A model generated the notes under the pieces. That model ran no database searches and was not told the DNA's origin. It saw only the letters and a program-made list of their open reading frames with translations. Positions 17,011 through 25,104 of a DNA stretch of 26,185 bases are shown here, in pieces. This stretch comes from Candidatus Hydrogenedentota bacterium (GTDB taxonomy: Bacteria; Hydrogenedentota; Hydrogenedentia; Hydrogenedentales; SLHB01). Positions within the stretch are counted from its first letter, which is position 1. Each line of letters opens with the position of its first letter. Location: positions 1 through 26,185 of the forward strand of contig JAWXCN010000149.1 of the NCBI GenBank assembly GCA_034408725.1. Reading direction: 5' to 3'. Position numbers and translations under genes: made by a program.

Positions 17011-17040
17011 TTGACAGTTCTGGCCTTTATTCGCTACGAT
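17011..17040 (+). promoter_or_regulatory. sigma70 promoter of the tRNA operon
   Basis: Perfect TTGACA (17011-17016), 18-bp spacer, TACGAT (17035-17040), ending 12 bp before tRNA-Gln. Confidence 0.75.
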
Positions 17041-17052
17041 CCTTTTACCTTA

Positions 17053-17128
17053 TGCCGGATGGCCAAACTGGTAAGGCACCTGCCTCTGGAGCAGGGGATT
17101 CTAGGTTCGAATCCTAGTCCGGCAACCA
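17053..17128 (+). tRNA. tRNA-Gln (anticodon CTG)
   Basis: Acceptor stem TGCCGGA/TCCGGCA (U1-A72), D-arm GCC...GGC, anticodon arm CCTGC-CT-CTG-GA-GCAGG, T-arm CTAGG-TTCGAAT-CCTAG, encoded CCA; 76 nt. Confidence 0.97.
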
Positions 17129-17143
17129 TTTTATGCCAGCATC

Positions 17144-17170
17144 CGAAGCCGCAGCGCGGCTTCGTTTTGT
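17144..17170 (+). terminator. terminator-like hairpin in the inter-tRNA spacer
   Basis: Perfect 9-bp stem CGAAGCCGC-agc-GCGGCTTCG followed by TTTTGT. Confidence 0.5.
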
Positions 17171-17172
17171 GT

Positions 17173-17247
17173 GGCCCGTTCATCTAGGGGTTAGGATGCG
17201 GGATTCTCAGTCCCGTCACAGGGGTTCGAATCCCCTACGGGCTACCA
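17173..17247 (+). tRNA. tRNA-Glu (anticodon CTC)
   Basis: Acceptor stem GGCCCGT/ACGGGCT, anticodon arm CGGGA-TT-CTC-AG-TCCCG, T-arm AGGGG-TTCGAAT-CCCCT, encoded CCA; 75 nt. Confidence 0.97.
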
Positions 17248-17348
17248 TTTTCAACTCCGCAATATCTCTGTGGTATTGTATTTGAGAGCATACGCGCCGC
17301 TTACACTAATGGCGATTTGCCAGCGCTATATACCGGGATAATTATCGG

Positions 17349-18299
17349 ATGGTGGTGGAGGAGAAGCCTGCGGAGTCACAACCCGAAGTCCGGGTCCGCT
17401 GGGCGAATGTAGAACGCCTGCGCATCTTGGCGATGTTCGAGATTATTGGGTTTCATTCCGCGAGTGAACGTCTGATTTTGCTCGGGGGTATCGGGCTTCC
17501 CATTTTTCTCATTCTAACGAACCTCTTCAATTGCACGGTCTCTGACCGGCGAGGTTTTCGACAATTCGCACGAGACAAATTTAGCCGCCTGTTTTACCCC
17601 TGGTTGTTTTGGTGTGCAGTTTACGGCGTCGCGCACGCGGCGTTCGCTATGCGAAGAGATGTCCCGCTATCAAAAGTTTTTGACCCGTTGATGCTGCTCT
17701 ATGGAACCAATCTTCATCTGTGGTTCGTACCTTTTGCGCTGGTATCGGGAGTGTCGGTCGCTTACGTCCAATCGCTTACGCGAAAACAATCTCATGGCCG
17801 CATGATTTTCCTCTCGGCAAGCGCCGGCGCGGTGCTGCTGCTCGCAACAGCCTACGTTCACACGCTCCGCGGGTTTCCTGCGCCTTTTTCGCAGTATATT
17901 TACGCGGCTTCGTCGCCATTTATCGGATTCGCGATGGGAAGGACTTTGCTCGTCAATCCCGAAAAACGTTTCGCCGCTTTCAGTGTTCTTTGCATCGCCG
18001 GAGCGGTATTCGTTCCGATTGCTCTTGCGCTGCCCATCAAACTGTTCGCGGTCCGTTTTGCGGTCGCGGCAGTTTTTGTTGGGCTTGCCCTGATGTGGCC
18101 CGGCACGAGTGACTGGTTGACCAAGAAGCTGGCGCCGTTGCTTCTGGGTATATATCTTATCCATCCGCTGCTGATCCGTTTTACAAAGCGGGGGGCTGTT
18201 GTGGATGACTATATTGTGTTGTATATTTTTGCGGTCTTTCTCTTGTCCGCGCTTGCAATTTTTTTCATGCGAAAGACGCCGCTAAAGCGGTTCACGTAA
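17349..18299 (+). CDS. acyltransferase-3 family integral membrane O-acyltransferase
   Basis: VERLRILAMFEIIGFH (RxxA...H), PIFLIL, KFSRLFYPWLFW, HLWFV and GIYLIHP; about 10 hydrophobic segments. Confidence 0.85.
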   Translation: MVVEEKPAESQPEVRVRWANVERLRILAMFEIIGFHSASERLILLGGIGLPIFLILTNLFNCTVSDRRGFRQFARDKFSRLFYPWLFWCAVYGVAHAAFAMRRDVPLSKVFDPLMLLYGTNLHLWFVPFALVSGVSVAYVQSLTRKQSHGRMIFLSASAGAVLLLATAYVHTLRGFPAPFSQYIYAASSPFIGFAMGRTLLVNPEKRFAAFSVLCIAGAVFVPIALALPIKLFAVRFAVAAVFVGLALMWPGTSDWLTKKLAPLLLGIYLIHPLLIRFTKRGAVVDDYIVLYIFAVFLLSALAIFFMRKTPLKRFT

Positions 18300-18377
18300 G
18301 GCGCATGGTTGCAGCGCCTCCGGTTCCAGTGTCATTTCATGTACCATCACTTGGGTAGACCATAGAGGGAACAAAGC

Positions 18378-19466
18378 ATGTCTCGACCCCGCGGCTCCTG
18401 GAGCGCCCGTCTCCTGATTCATCTGCTGACGATTGCTCTGGGTGTGTTGGTATTTTGGATTCTCGGGTTTCTCATGAGCGACCTGGAGAGCATCCCCGGG
18501 CCGGATTATACGGCGATATTGAATCGTCATCTTGACCAGTCACTGGTCGCAAAGCGGGATGCGCTCATAACCCAAAGCGCGGATTTGGACCGCAAGCTGG
18601 CCAATGCGCGCGACGAGTCCCAACTGGTGCGCGACAGCTCCCAGAACTTTCAGAGCACGATAAACCAGTTATTGGAGCTTCAGCGGCAGAGCATAGAAAA
18701 ACAAGTCGTTCAATCAGAACGCGAGAAGACCGATTTGTCCGCGAGTCTCAACCATTTTCTCGATAGCCAGAAAAAATATCAGGAACTCAACCAACGCATC
18801 ACGGAGATGGCCGCGGAAAAAGCGCGCGTGGACGAGGAGAAAGTTTCGCTCGATCTTGCTCTGGAAGCGCAATCGGCGCCTGCACAACGCGAGTATGAGG
18901 ATAGTTTTAGCGCCCACCGCGTCCGGCTTGCCGCATACCAGTTGGCGATCCTGATTCCCGTGCTGCTGGTTGCGGGTTATTTCCTGGTGAAGCGCAAGGG
19001 CAGCATTTATTATCCACTCTATCTCGCCGTTGGAGGTGGCACGCTCGTTCGCGTGGTTTTGGTCATTCACGAATACTTTCCAGCGCGCTACTTCAAATAC
19101 ATTCTCATTGTTGCGCTGTTGATCTTCGTTGTCCGGATTCTGCTGCACGTTATCCGCCTCGTCGCACATCCAAAAGCAGAAACGCTGATGCGACAGTATC
19201 GGGAAGCGTATGAGCGGTTTCTCTGCCCGACGTGCGATTATCCCATTCGAACGGGACCGCGCAAATGGTTGTACTGGACGCGCCGGACTGTTCATAAAGT
19301 TTTGCCGGTATCCAGCGGGCCGAGCACAGAGGAGCCGTACACCTGTCCTTCGTGCGGATCAATGCTCTTTGAACCCTGCGGCGCCTGTCAGCGCATCCGG
19401 CACGCCCTGTTGCCGCACTGTGAGCATTGCGGCGCGGCGTCGCCGTCACCGGCAAAACCCGCGTGA
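18378..19466 (+). CDS. membrane protein with long coiled coil and C-terminal multi-CxxC zinc ribbon
   Basis: N-terminal TM, about 140 aa rich in Q/E/L with heptad character, three TMs, then CPTC, CPSC, CGAC and CEHC. RBS AGAGGG. Confidence 0.75.
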   Translation: MSRPRGSWSARLLIHLLTIALGVLVFWILGFLMSDLESIPGPDYTAILNRHLDQSLVAKRDALITQSADLDRKLANARDESQLVRDSSQNFQSTINQLLELQRQSIEKQVVQSEREKTDLSASLNHFLDSQKKYQELNQRITEMAAEKARVDEEKVSLDLALEAQSAPAQREYEDSFSAHRVRLAAYQLAILIPVLLVAGYFLVKRKGSIYYPLYLAVGGGTLVRVVLVIHEYFPARYFKYILIVALLIFVVRILLHVIRLVAHPKAETLMRQYREAYERFLCPTCDYPIRTGPRKWLYWTRRTVHKVLPVSSGPSTEEPYTCPSCGSMLFEPCGACQRIRHALLPHCEHCGAASPSPAKPA

Positions 19467-19475
19467 ATAGTCAGG

Positions 19476-20948
19476 CTACAAGAACGAGTCCACCAGCCTG
19501 CACATATTTTGAAACGCGCGTAACATAAATGACCGTTTGTTCCATTCCTCGAGGGTCAGTTCGTCGCAGCTTTCCAGATAGCGCGCCTCGATTGCGCGTT
19601 GCCGCTGGACGATTTCCTTATCGTAGATGACAAGGCTGACCTCGCTATTCAATGCAAACGATCTGATATCCACGTTGCTCGAGCCGACCACCGCGATAGA
19701 ATCGTCGATGCTCATATGTTTGGCGTGCAGAAAACGTGGCTTGTACAGATGAATCCGCACTCCACATTCGAGCAGTTCTTCGTAAAACGATTGTTGCGCA
19801 AACCCCACCAGAAACTGGTCCCGTTCATGCGGGAGGATCAGATGCACCTCGACACCGGACATGACGGCGGTCTGCAAGGCCTGGAGCAAGGGTTCATCCG
19901 GCACAAAATATGGCGTAGTGATCACGATGCGTTTTTCCGCGTCGTGAATCAGCGCTACGACGAGGTGCTGCACGCTCGCCCCCGTATATCCGGGTCCGCT
20001 TGGCAGGAGTTGCGCCGTCACCGAGCCCGCGGGCTTGATCATTGGAAACAAGCCTTCGCCGCCGATTTCAGATTCGACTTCACAATAGCGGTCTGCCAGA
20101 AATGTCACTTGAAGTTGCGAGACCACCGGCCCTTCCACGCGAGCAACCAAATCTTCGAATATGAGACCGGGTTTAAACTCCGAAATGACAAGATTCTGTG
20201 AGCCTATGTATCCAACTTGCCCGTCGATGACCACTATCTTGCGGTGGTTTCGCAGATCAAAACGCGCCGCCTTCGCACGAAACATCCCGACCGGCAGCAT
20301 GGCGGAAACTTCAATGCCCATCCCCGTCATGACGGGTGCAAGGTGAGTTAGGCCGGGCCGCGATCCCAGATAGTCCATCAATACGCGGCACGCCACGCCG
20401 CGGCGCACTGCGCGTCCAAGTGCCTCGACAACTTTGCGCCCAACCGCGTCGTCGGCGATGATGTAGTATAAAAGATGGATATGATGCTCCGCGGCGTCGA
20501 TGTCTCCGATCAATCGCAAAATGGCGGTGTCATATTCATCCAACAATTCCACGGCGTTGCCACCGAGGGGCGCGAATTCGCCCAGACGCTCCACAAGTTT
20601 TGTGGTGTGATGAACGAGCGGCGGCACCTCGCGTTTCTGCAAGGGCCATCGTGTATTCCATTGGTGCGTAGCCCGTCTTACGAACGTCGCCGCCCGGCCA
20701 TGCAATTCGTGCCGCTTTTTGGGCAGGTAGATGCGTCCAAACCACGCATAGAGCAGCACGCCGACTACGGGAAGGAAAAAGATGAACAATAACCACGTGC
20801 GCGCGGCGGCGGGCGTTTTGCGATGCGGCACATAGAAGAGCATCACGATGCGGAGAGTCCACTCGATGATCAGGTAAAGCGCCGCCACCGATGGAAACAG
20901 AAACGCGGCGTGCGAACTTTGAAATGCCTCACTGCTTTCGCCCAGCAC
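19476..20948 (-). CDS. cls: cardiolipin synthase (PLD superfamily, ClsA-like)
   Basis: Two N-terminal TMs (RKTPAAARTWLL...PVVG...Y..FG), two HKD motifs (RNHRKIVVIDG, LHAKHMSIDD), SGP, TPYFVPD and GSSNVDIRSFALNSE. Start codon uncertain. Confidence 0.92.
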   Translation of the reverse strand: MLGESSEAFQSSHAAFLFPSVAALYLIIEWTLRIVMLFYVPHRKTPAAARTWLLFIFFLPVVGVLLYAWFGRIYLPKKRHELHGRAATFVRRATHQWNTRWPLQKREVPPLVHHTTKLVERLGEFAPLGGNAVELLDEYDTAILRLIGDIDAAEHHIHLLYYIIADDAVGRKVVEALGRAVRRGVACRVLMDYLGSRPGLTHLAPVMTGMGIEVSAMLPVGMFRAKAARFDLRNHRKIVVIDGQVGYIGSQNLVISEFKPGLIFEDLVARVEGPVVSQLQVTFLADRYCEVESEIGGEGLFPMIKPAGSVTAQLLPSGPGYTGASVQHLVVALIHDAEKRIVITTPYFVPDEPLLQALQTAVMSGVEVHLILPHERDQFLVGFAQQSFYEELLECGVRIHLYKPRFLHAKHMSIDDSIAVVGSSNVDIRSFALNSEVSLVIYDKEIVQRQRAIEARYLESCDELTLEEWNKRSFMLRAFQNMCRLVDSFL

Positions 20949-21016
20949 GCGCGTGCCCTACCGTACCGCAGCAACAAAGATGGTGGCGGAATCGCGTAAT
21001 GTTTGCGCGCGTTGGA

Positions 21017-21814
21017 TCATCCGCGAAGCTCGTTCTCGTATCGCGCATCCGTCCAACAGAAATCTCCGAGCAGTTCTGTCATGGGATCGGCGTTCTCTGC
21101 GCAGAACCCGAGATGTAGGTGGCGCCGCCAGCCTTCCGCGAATTCAAACCGTGTTGAAAGCCGGCCCACTTCCCGGCTCATGTCTTCCATGGTAACGAGA
21201 TAACTATCGAGCCCCTGGCTACGGTCGAGCCATTCCTTCTGACTTATGTGCGCGGCGAGCGCGGCGCGCTTCGCCGTTAACGCCGTCGTGATATCGACAT
21301 ACTGGCCGGCGCGTATGACCCGGCGCAACGGATCGCGCAAACCCCAGGGCAAGGCGTGATACAGCGTCACATCACTCTCAATCGGTTCGGTTGTGGGCTC
21401 GGTGAAAAAATTGCGCATGCCCCGAGCGAACGCCGCGGTTACTGCCAGCCGGCACGCGATCATGTGGTCCTCCATATAATCCTGCGGCGACTGCACCAAC
21501 ATGATCGTTGGCTGCACCGCGCGCACGATTGCCGAAAGTTTCCGTAGCGCGGTCCGATCGTACAAGAGATCGAGATCGTCCGCCAGCGGCGGATGCCACG
21601 TTGCTCCCAGCAATCGCGCCGCCTCCCGCGCCTCATCCGCGCGCGTCGCGACGATGGCGTCCCGCGAAAGTTCCGCGGTACCCAGGCAACCGTTGCAGAG
21701 ATTGATGTAATGTAACTCGCAGCCCGCGCGGCCAAGCATCACCATCGTGCCCGCCATCATGAGTTCGATGTCGTCAGGGTGGGCGGCAACCGCGAGTACA
21801 ACAGTACGTCCCAT
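21017..21814 (-). CDS. PIG-L/LmbE family deacetylase
   Basis: AAHPDDIE, R..EA..AA..LG, YMEDH, VDIT, HISQ and FAEG. RBS AAGGA. Confidence 0.9.
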   Translation of the reverse strand: MGRTVVLAVAAHPDDIELMMAGTMVMLGRAGCELHYINLCNGCLGTAELSRDAIVATRADEAREAARLLGATWHPPLADDLDLLYDRTALRKLSAIVRAVQPTIMLVQSPQDYMEDHMIACRLAVTAAFARGMRNFFTEPTTEPIESDVTLYHALPWGLRDPLRRVIRAGQYVDITTALTAKRAALAAHISQKEWLDRSQGLDSYLVTMEDMSREVGRLSTRFEFAEGWRRHLHLGFCAENADPMTELLGDFCWTDARYENELRG

Positions 21815-21931
21815 GTCTTTCCTTTTAATTCTTGATTGCGTTCGGAACGCCTTGTTGGGAATCCCAAGACCAAGAACGCGGTTATGATGTCAGATGTCGG
21901 GTTGATTCGACAATTAAGGAGGCGACCACCC

Positions 21932-22306
21932 ATGAAACACGCGCCCAGATTTCTCGCCATCGTGAACGATGCGCGTTCGAGGGTCCGCGAATGTACGGTC
22001 CAGGACGTTCAACAGCGGATTAACGCGGGGGAGGAATTCCATCTCGTCGATGTGCGCGAGGATACCGAGTTCGCCGAGTCGCACGCGCCCAAGGCCATGC
22101 ATATCGGAAAAGGCGTGATCGAACGCGATATCGAAAAGAAAATTCCAGATGCAAACGCCCCAATCGTCGTCTACTGCGGAGGTGGTTTCCGTAGCTCCCT
22201 CGCGGCGGACGCGCTCCAAAAAATGGGCTACACCAACGTCATTTCGATGGACGGCGGGTTTCGCGGCTGGAAAGAGGCAGGATTCGATGTTGAACCTTCG
22301 GGATGA
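21932..22306 (+). CDS. single-domain rhodanese (sulfurtransferase)
   Basis: LVDVRE, active-site loop YCGGGFRS and SMDGGFRGW. ATG 21932 follows AAGGAGG. Confidence 0.92.
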   Translation: MKHAPRFLAIVNDARSRVRECTVQDVQQRINAGEEFHLVDVREDTEFAESHAPKAMHIGKGVIERDIEKKIPDANAPIVVYCGGGFRSSLAADALQKMGYTNVISMDGGFRGWKEAGFDVEPSG

Positions 22307-22350
22307 ACTCAACGACAAACGAATCGCATTGGCCGCCACGCGCAAACTCC

Positions 22351-22378
22351 GAAGAGCGGTCGAGGACGACCGCCCTCC
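22351..22378 (-). repeat. REP-like GC hairpin between convergent genes (possibly also a terminator)
   Basis: Minus strand reads GGAGg-GCGGTCG-tcct-CGACCGC-tcttc: perfect 7-bp stem, no U-tract. Confidence 0.45.
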
Positions 22379-22384
22379 GCGGGA

Positions 22385-23380
22385 TCAGCGCCGCGGAGGT
22401 GTCGCGCCGTAGGTCTCGAGTTCGGCTTCGTAAATGAGCTTGAACGATTCGTAGGCGTCCTGCGTCAAGGGCGTTGGCGCGGACACGTAAGGGTTCTTTC
22501 CCGCGTCGCGCGCGTAGGTCGATACGGGATACCCGCGCTCGGTGATATACCGCTTGAACCACTCGACGGTCGCGACGCCCTTTTCGACCAACATGTTCGT
22601 CGAACGCTGCGCCTCGATGGCCGACTCTCGATCATCGGCCTCGTAAAAGTCCTGAATGGCCTTTACAATCGCGGGGTTCAGCGTACACCCCTGGCCGATG
22701 CAGCCACAGGCTCCCGCGTAGAGTGCCGTGAGAAATGCGCATTCCGATCCGGCAATAAAATGAAATCCGTTCGGCACCATTGTGTAGCACAGATTGTGAA
22801 TGTACTGCGCATCAACCGTCGAAACCTTCATCGCCGTCACCTGCGGAATCTGGGCAAGGGATTCCGCCAATTCCATGGTGACGCAATATTCCGGCTGGGT
22901 GCCCGGCGGCTGATAGAGAATGATGGGAATCGTGATCGCGTCGCTCACGCGCTCGAAGTAGCGCAGGATGACGTCTCGGTGCGTTTCGCCGCCTTTCGGC
23001 GCGAGCGCTTCAGGCAGGGTCAGCACTATGCCCGCGGCGCCCTGTTGTTCAGCGAACTGGCTTAACTCGCAGGCCTGCCTTGTGAAAACTTCCGTGTCCG
23101 GCCGGCGATCGAGATTGCGATCCCAAATACCCGATGTGCCCACGATGACAGGCCCGCGTCCCTCGAGATGCCTGCACGCAAGTACGGCCATCTTTTTTAC
23201 GTCGTCAACGTCGTAGGTATACATCTGGCCCATGCCAGACCGCACGAAATATGAACAGACCGAGCCGTTATCGTGGATATAATCGATCAGGTTTCGCTGG
23301 CCGTTTTCGTCGATCCGACCCTGCTCGTCCCAGACGGTAAAAACATTTGCGATGGCGCCCCGAACAATCGCCGGTATCAT
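22385..23380 (-). CDS. dihydrodipicolinate synthase/N-acetylneuraminate lyase family protein (atypical)
   Basis: FTVWDEQGRID, GPVIVG, GAAGIVL, catalytic Tyr in IILYQPP, Schiff-base Lys in AMKVS and GACGCIG. ATG 23380 preferred because it avoids overlap with the upstream gene. Confidence 0.8.
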   Translation of the reverse strand: MIPAIVRGAIANVFTVWDEQGRIDENGQRNLIDYIHDNGSVCSYFVRSGMGQMYTYDVDDVKKMAVLACRHLEGRGPVIVGTSGIWDRNLDRRPDTEVFTRQACELSQFAEQQGAAGIVLTLPEALAPKGGETHRDVILRYFERVSDAITIPIILYQPPGTQPEYCVTMELAESLAQIPQVTAMKVSTVDAQYIHNLCYTMVPNGFHFIAGSECAFLTALYAGACGCIGQGCTLNPAIVKAIQDFYEADDRESAIEAQRSTNMLVEKGVATVEWFKRYITERGYPVSTYARDAGKNPYVSAPTPLTQDAYESFKLIYEAELETYGATPPRR

Positions 23381-23390
23381 CCCGCTAGCT

Positions 23391-23849
23391 TTATCCTTTC
23401 GGGCGGACGGCGGGCATCGGCGGTCGTACACTCGATCCCAGACCCTTCCGCAACACCTCGCGCTTCGGCAGAGGCTTTTGGGTTTTCATGGGACGGTACC
23501 GGAACATTGCGCCAATTATCAACACGACGGCGGCGAGTTCGACATAGAACAACCACTGCGGGTTGTATTGATCCATGAGCCAAGGCGTCGAAAGTGGCGT
23601 TTCATAGTTCATGCGCACTTTCTCGTCCACCAACATCTTCATCTGGGATTCGAACTGAAACCAGTCCGTGAGCATCACCGCAAAATGCGTGACGGTATGG
23701 AAAATCCCGAAATAAATGATCAGCTCAAGGAACCATTGAATGGGTCCCCAGGTCCACCGGCGCGTCGCATATAGTAGCGGAATTATGATCGCTGCAACGA
23801 CGCCGCACTGAACGGCATTTTCGTGCAAGAAAACGATGACGGAATCCAT
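23391..23849 (-). CDS. hypothetical membrane protein (about 3 TMs, basic C-terminal tail)
   Basis: ORF with RBS GGGAGGG, three hydrophobic segments and a 10-bp gap to the next gene. Confidence 0.7.
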   Translation of the reverse strand: MDSVIVFLHENAVQCGVVAAIIIPLLYATRRWTWGPIQWFLELIIYFGIFHTVTHFAVMLTDWFQFESQMKMLVDEKVRMNYETPLSTPWLMDQYNPQWLFYVELAAVVLIIGAMFRYRPMKTQKPLPKREVLRKGLGSSVRPPMPAVRPKG

Positions 23850-23883
23850 TTGAACGGTCCCTCCCCTGCCACGGTCCGGAAAC

Positions 23884-23912
23884 AGACTACCATAATTTAT
23901 GCTTTATGACAA
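23884..23912 (-). promoter_or_regulatory. putative sigma70 promoter (extended -10), leftward
   Basis: Minus strand reads TTGTCA (23912-23907), 17-bp spacer, TGg-TAGTCT (-10 at 23889-23884). Confidence 0.6.
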
Positions 23913-23971
23913 GGATTATCGGTGTTATCAGCTAATACAAGGTAATTTATAATATACTATTATTTGACGTG

Positions 23972-24001
23972 TTGACCGTAAATGATTGCTGGTGATAGTC
24001 T
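23972..24001 (+). promoter_or_regulatory. putative sigma70 promoter (extended -10), rightward
   Basis: TTGACC (23972-23977), 18-bp spacer, TGa-TAGTCT (-10 at 23996-24001), with an AT-rich UP-like region upstream. Confidence 0.55.
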
Positions 24002-24030
24002 TACGCCGAAAATCAAAAGAGGCGAAGCTC

Positions 24031-25068
24031 ATGCAAGCTATACATATTCAAGCCAACGGCGAGATTGATCAGATCCGGTTCGGGGACGTACCCGATCCGA
24101 AACCGCGCACCGGCGAGGCGCTGCTTCAGGTCACTGCGGCCGCGCTTAATCACCTCGACATCTGGGTGCGGAAGGGACGGCCCGGCCAACAACCGAAATT
24201 TCCTCACGTGTTGGGTTCGGATGCAACGGGCCGGGTGATAGGCGTTGGGGAGGGTGTGGACGCTTCGATTCTCGGAAAAACCGTGTTGCTAAATCCTGGG
24301 CTCTGGTGCGGCGTCTGCGAGTGGTGCGTCCGGGGCGAGCACAGCGTATGTGCGTCGTACACGATCATTGGTCTTGGACGCTGGGGGACATTTGCCGAAA
24401 GAGTGACGGTTCCCGCGGTGAACCTTGCGCCTGCGCCGGACCATCTATCCGCGCACGAAGCCGCGGCGTTGCCGCTCGCATACCTAACGGCGTGGCGAAT
24501 GCTCACTACGCGCGGCCAATTGAGAGCTGGGGAGACACTACTGATTCACGGGATCGGCGGAGGTGTCGCCATCGCTGGCCTGCAATTGGGCAAACTGATG
24601 GGCGCGCGCGTGATCGTAACCTCATCGGGCGAAGAGAAACTTGCGCGCGCCGGAGAACTTGGCGCGGACGACGCCATCAATTATGCGAAGACCGATGACG
24701 TTGCCGCGGAAGTGCGCCGGCTAACCAAAAGCCGCGGCGTGGACATGGTGCTCGACACCACTGGCGCGGGCACGTGGCCCATCAATTTTGCGTGCGTGCG
24801 CAAGGGCGGCAGGATTGTTCATTGCGGCGTGACGACGGGCAAAACGGCGGAAGTGGATTTGTCTGCTCTATACTGGAACCATATCACCGTTATGGGTTCG
24901 ACGATGGGGTCGCAAGAAGAATTTCGCGCCCTCATCCAGGCGGTAAGCGCTGCGAAAATGAAACCGGTAATTGACAAGGTTTTCCCGCTCGCTGAAGGCC
25001 GCGCAGCCCAGGCGCGAATGGAAGATGGGCAGCAGTTCGGGAAGATTGTTCTGGATGCCGCCGGATAG
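24031..25068 (+). CDS. medium-chain dehydrogenase/reductase, zinc-binding (quinone/enoyl reductase-like subfamily)
   Basis: ALNHLD and PHVLGSD (no catalytic-Zn C/GHE), structural-Zn CGVCEWC...C, HGIGGGVA, GSTMG and QFGKIVL. ATG 24031 follows AGAGG. Confidence 0.9.
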   Translation: MQAIHIQANGEIDQIRFGDVPDPKPRTGEALLQVTAAALNHLDIWVRKGRPGQQPKFPHVLGSDATGRVIGVGEGVDASILGKTVLLNPGLWCGVCEWCVRGEHSVCASYTIIGLGRWGTFAERVTVPAVNLAPAPDHLSAHEAAALPLAYLTAWRMLTTRGQLRAGETLLIHGIGGGVAIAGLQLGKLMGARVIVTSSGEEKLARAGELGADDAINYAKTDDVAAEVRRLTKSRGVDMVLDTTGAGTWPINFACVRKGGRIVHCGVTTGKTAEVDLSALYWNHITVMGSTMGSQEEFRALIQAVSAAKMKPVIDKVFPLAEGRAAQARMEDGQQFGKIVLDAAG

Positions 25069-25104
25069 AAGTGTCGCTACGTAAATTTTATCGAGGAGAC
25101 TGAC

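Noticed and set aside
16909-17187. 92-aa ORF across the tRNA region
   Set aside because: Overlaps the tRNA promoter and tRNA-Gln; spurious.
17053-19466. Genomic island integrated at the tRNA genes
   Set aside because: No integrase, and I saw no duplicated tRNA 3' end (att site) in the window. Downstream genes look like ordinary chromosomal genes.
15989-20948. Anti-phage defence system built from the methyltransferase and a PLD-domain nuclease
   Set aside because: The PLD protein has two N-terminal TMs and full cardiolipin synthase signatures, and it is not linked to the methyltransferase.
21017-22306. Low-molecular-weight thiol (mycothiol/bacillithiol) pathway from PIG-L + rhodanese
   Set aside because: No MshA/BshA glycosyltransferase or cysteine ligase nearby, and both families are broad.
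23947-23965. Fur/PerR box
   Set aside because: Only one TTATAAT half-site is present and the dyad spacing does not fit the 7-1-7 consensus. Kept only as an unassigned palindrome.
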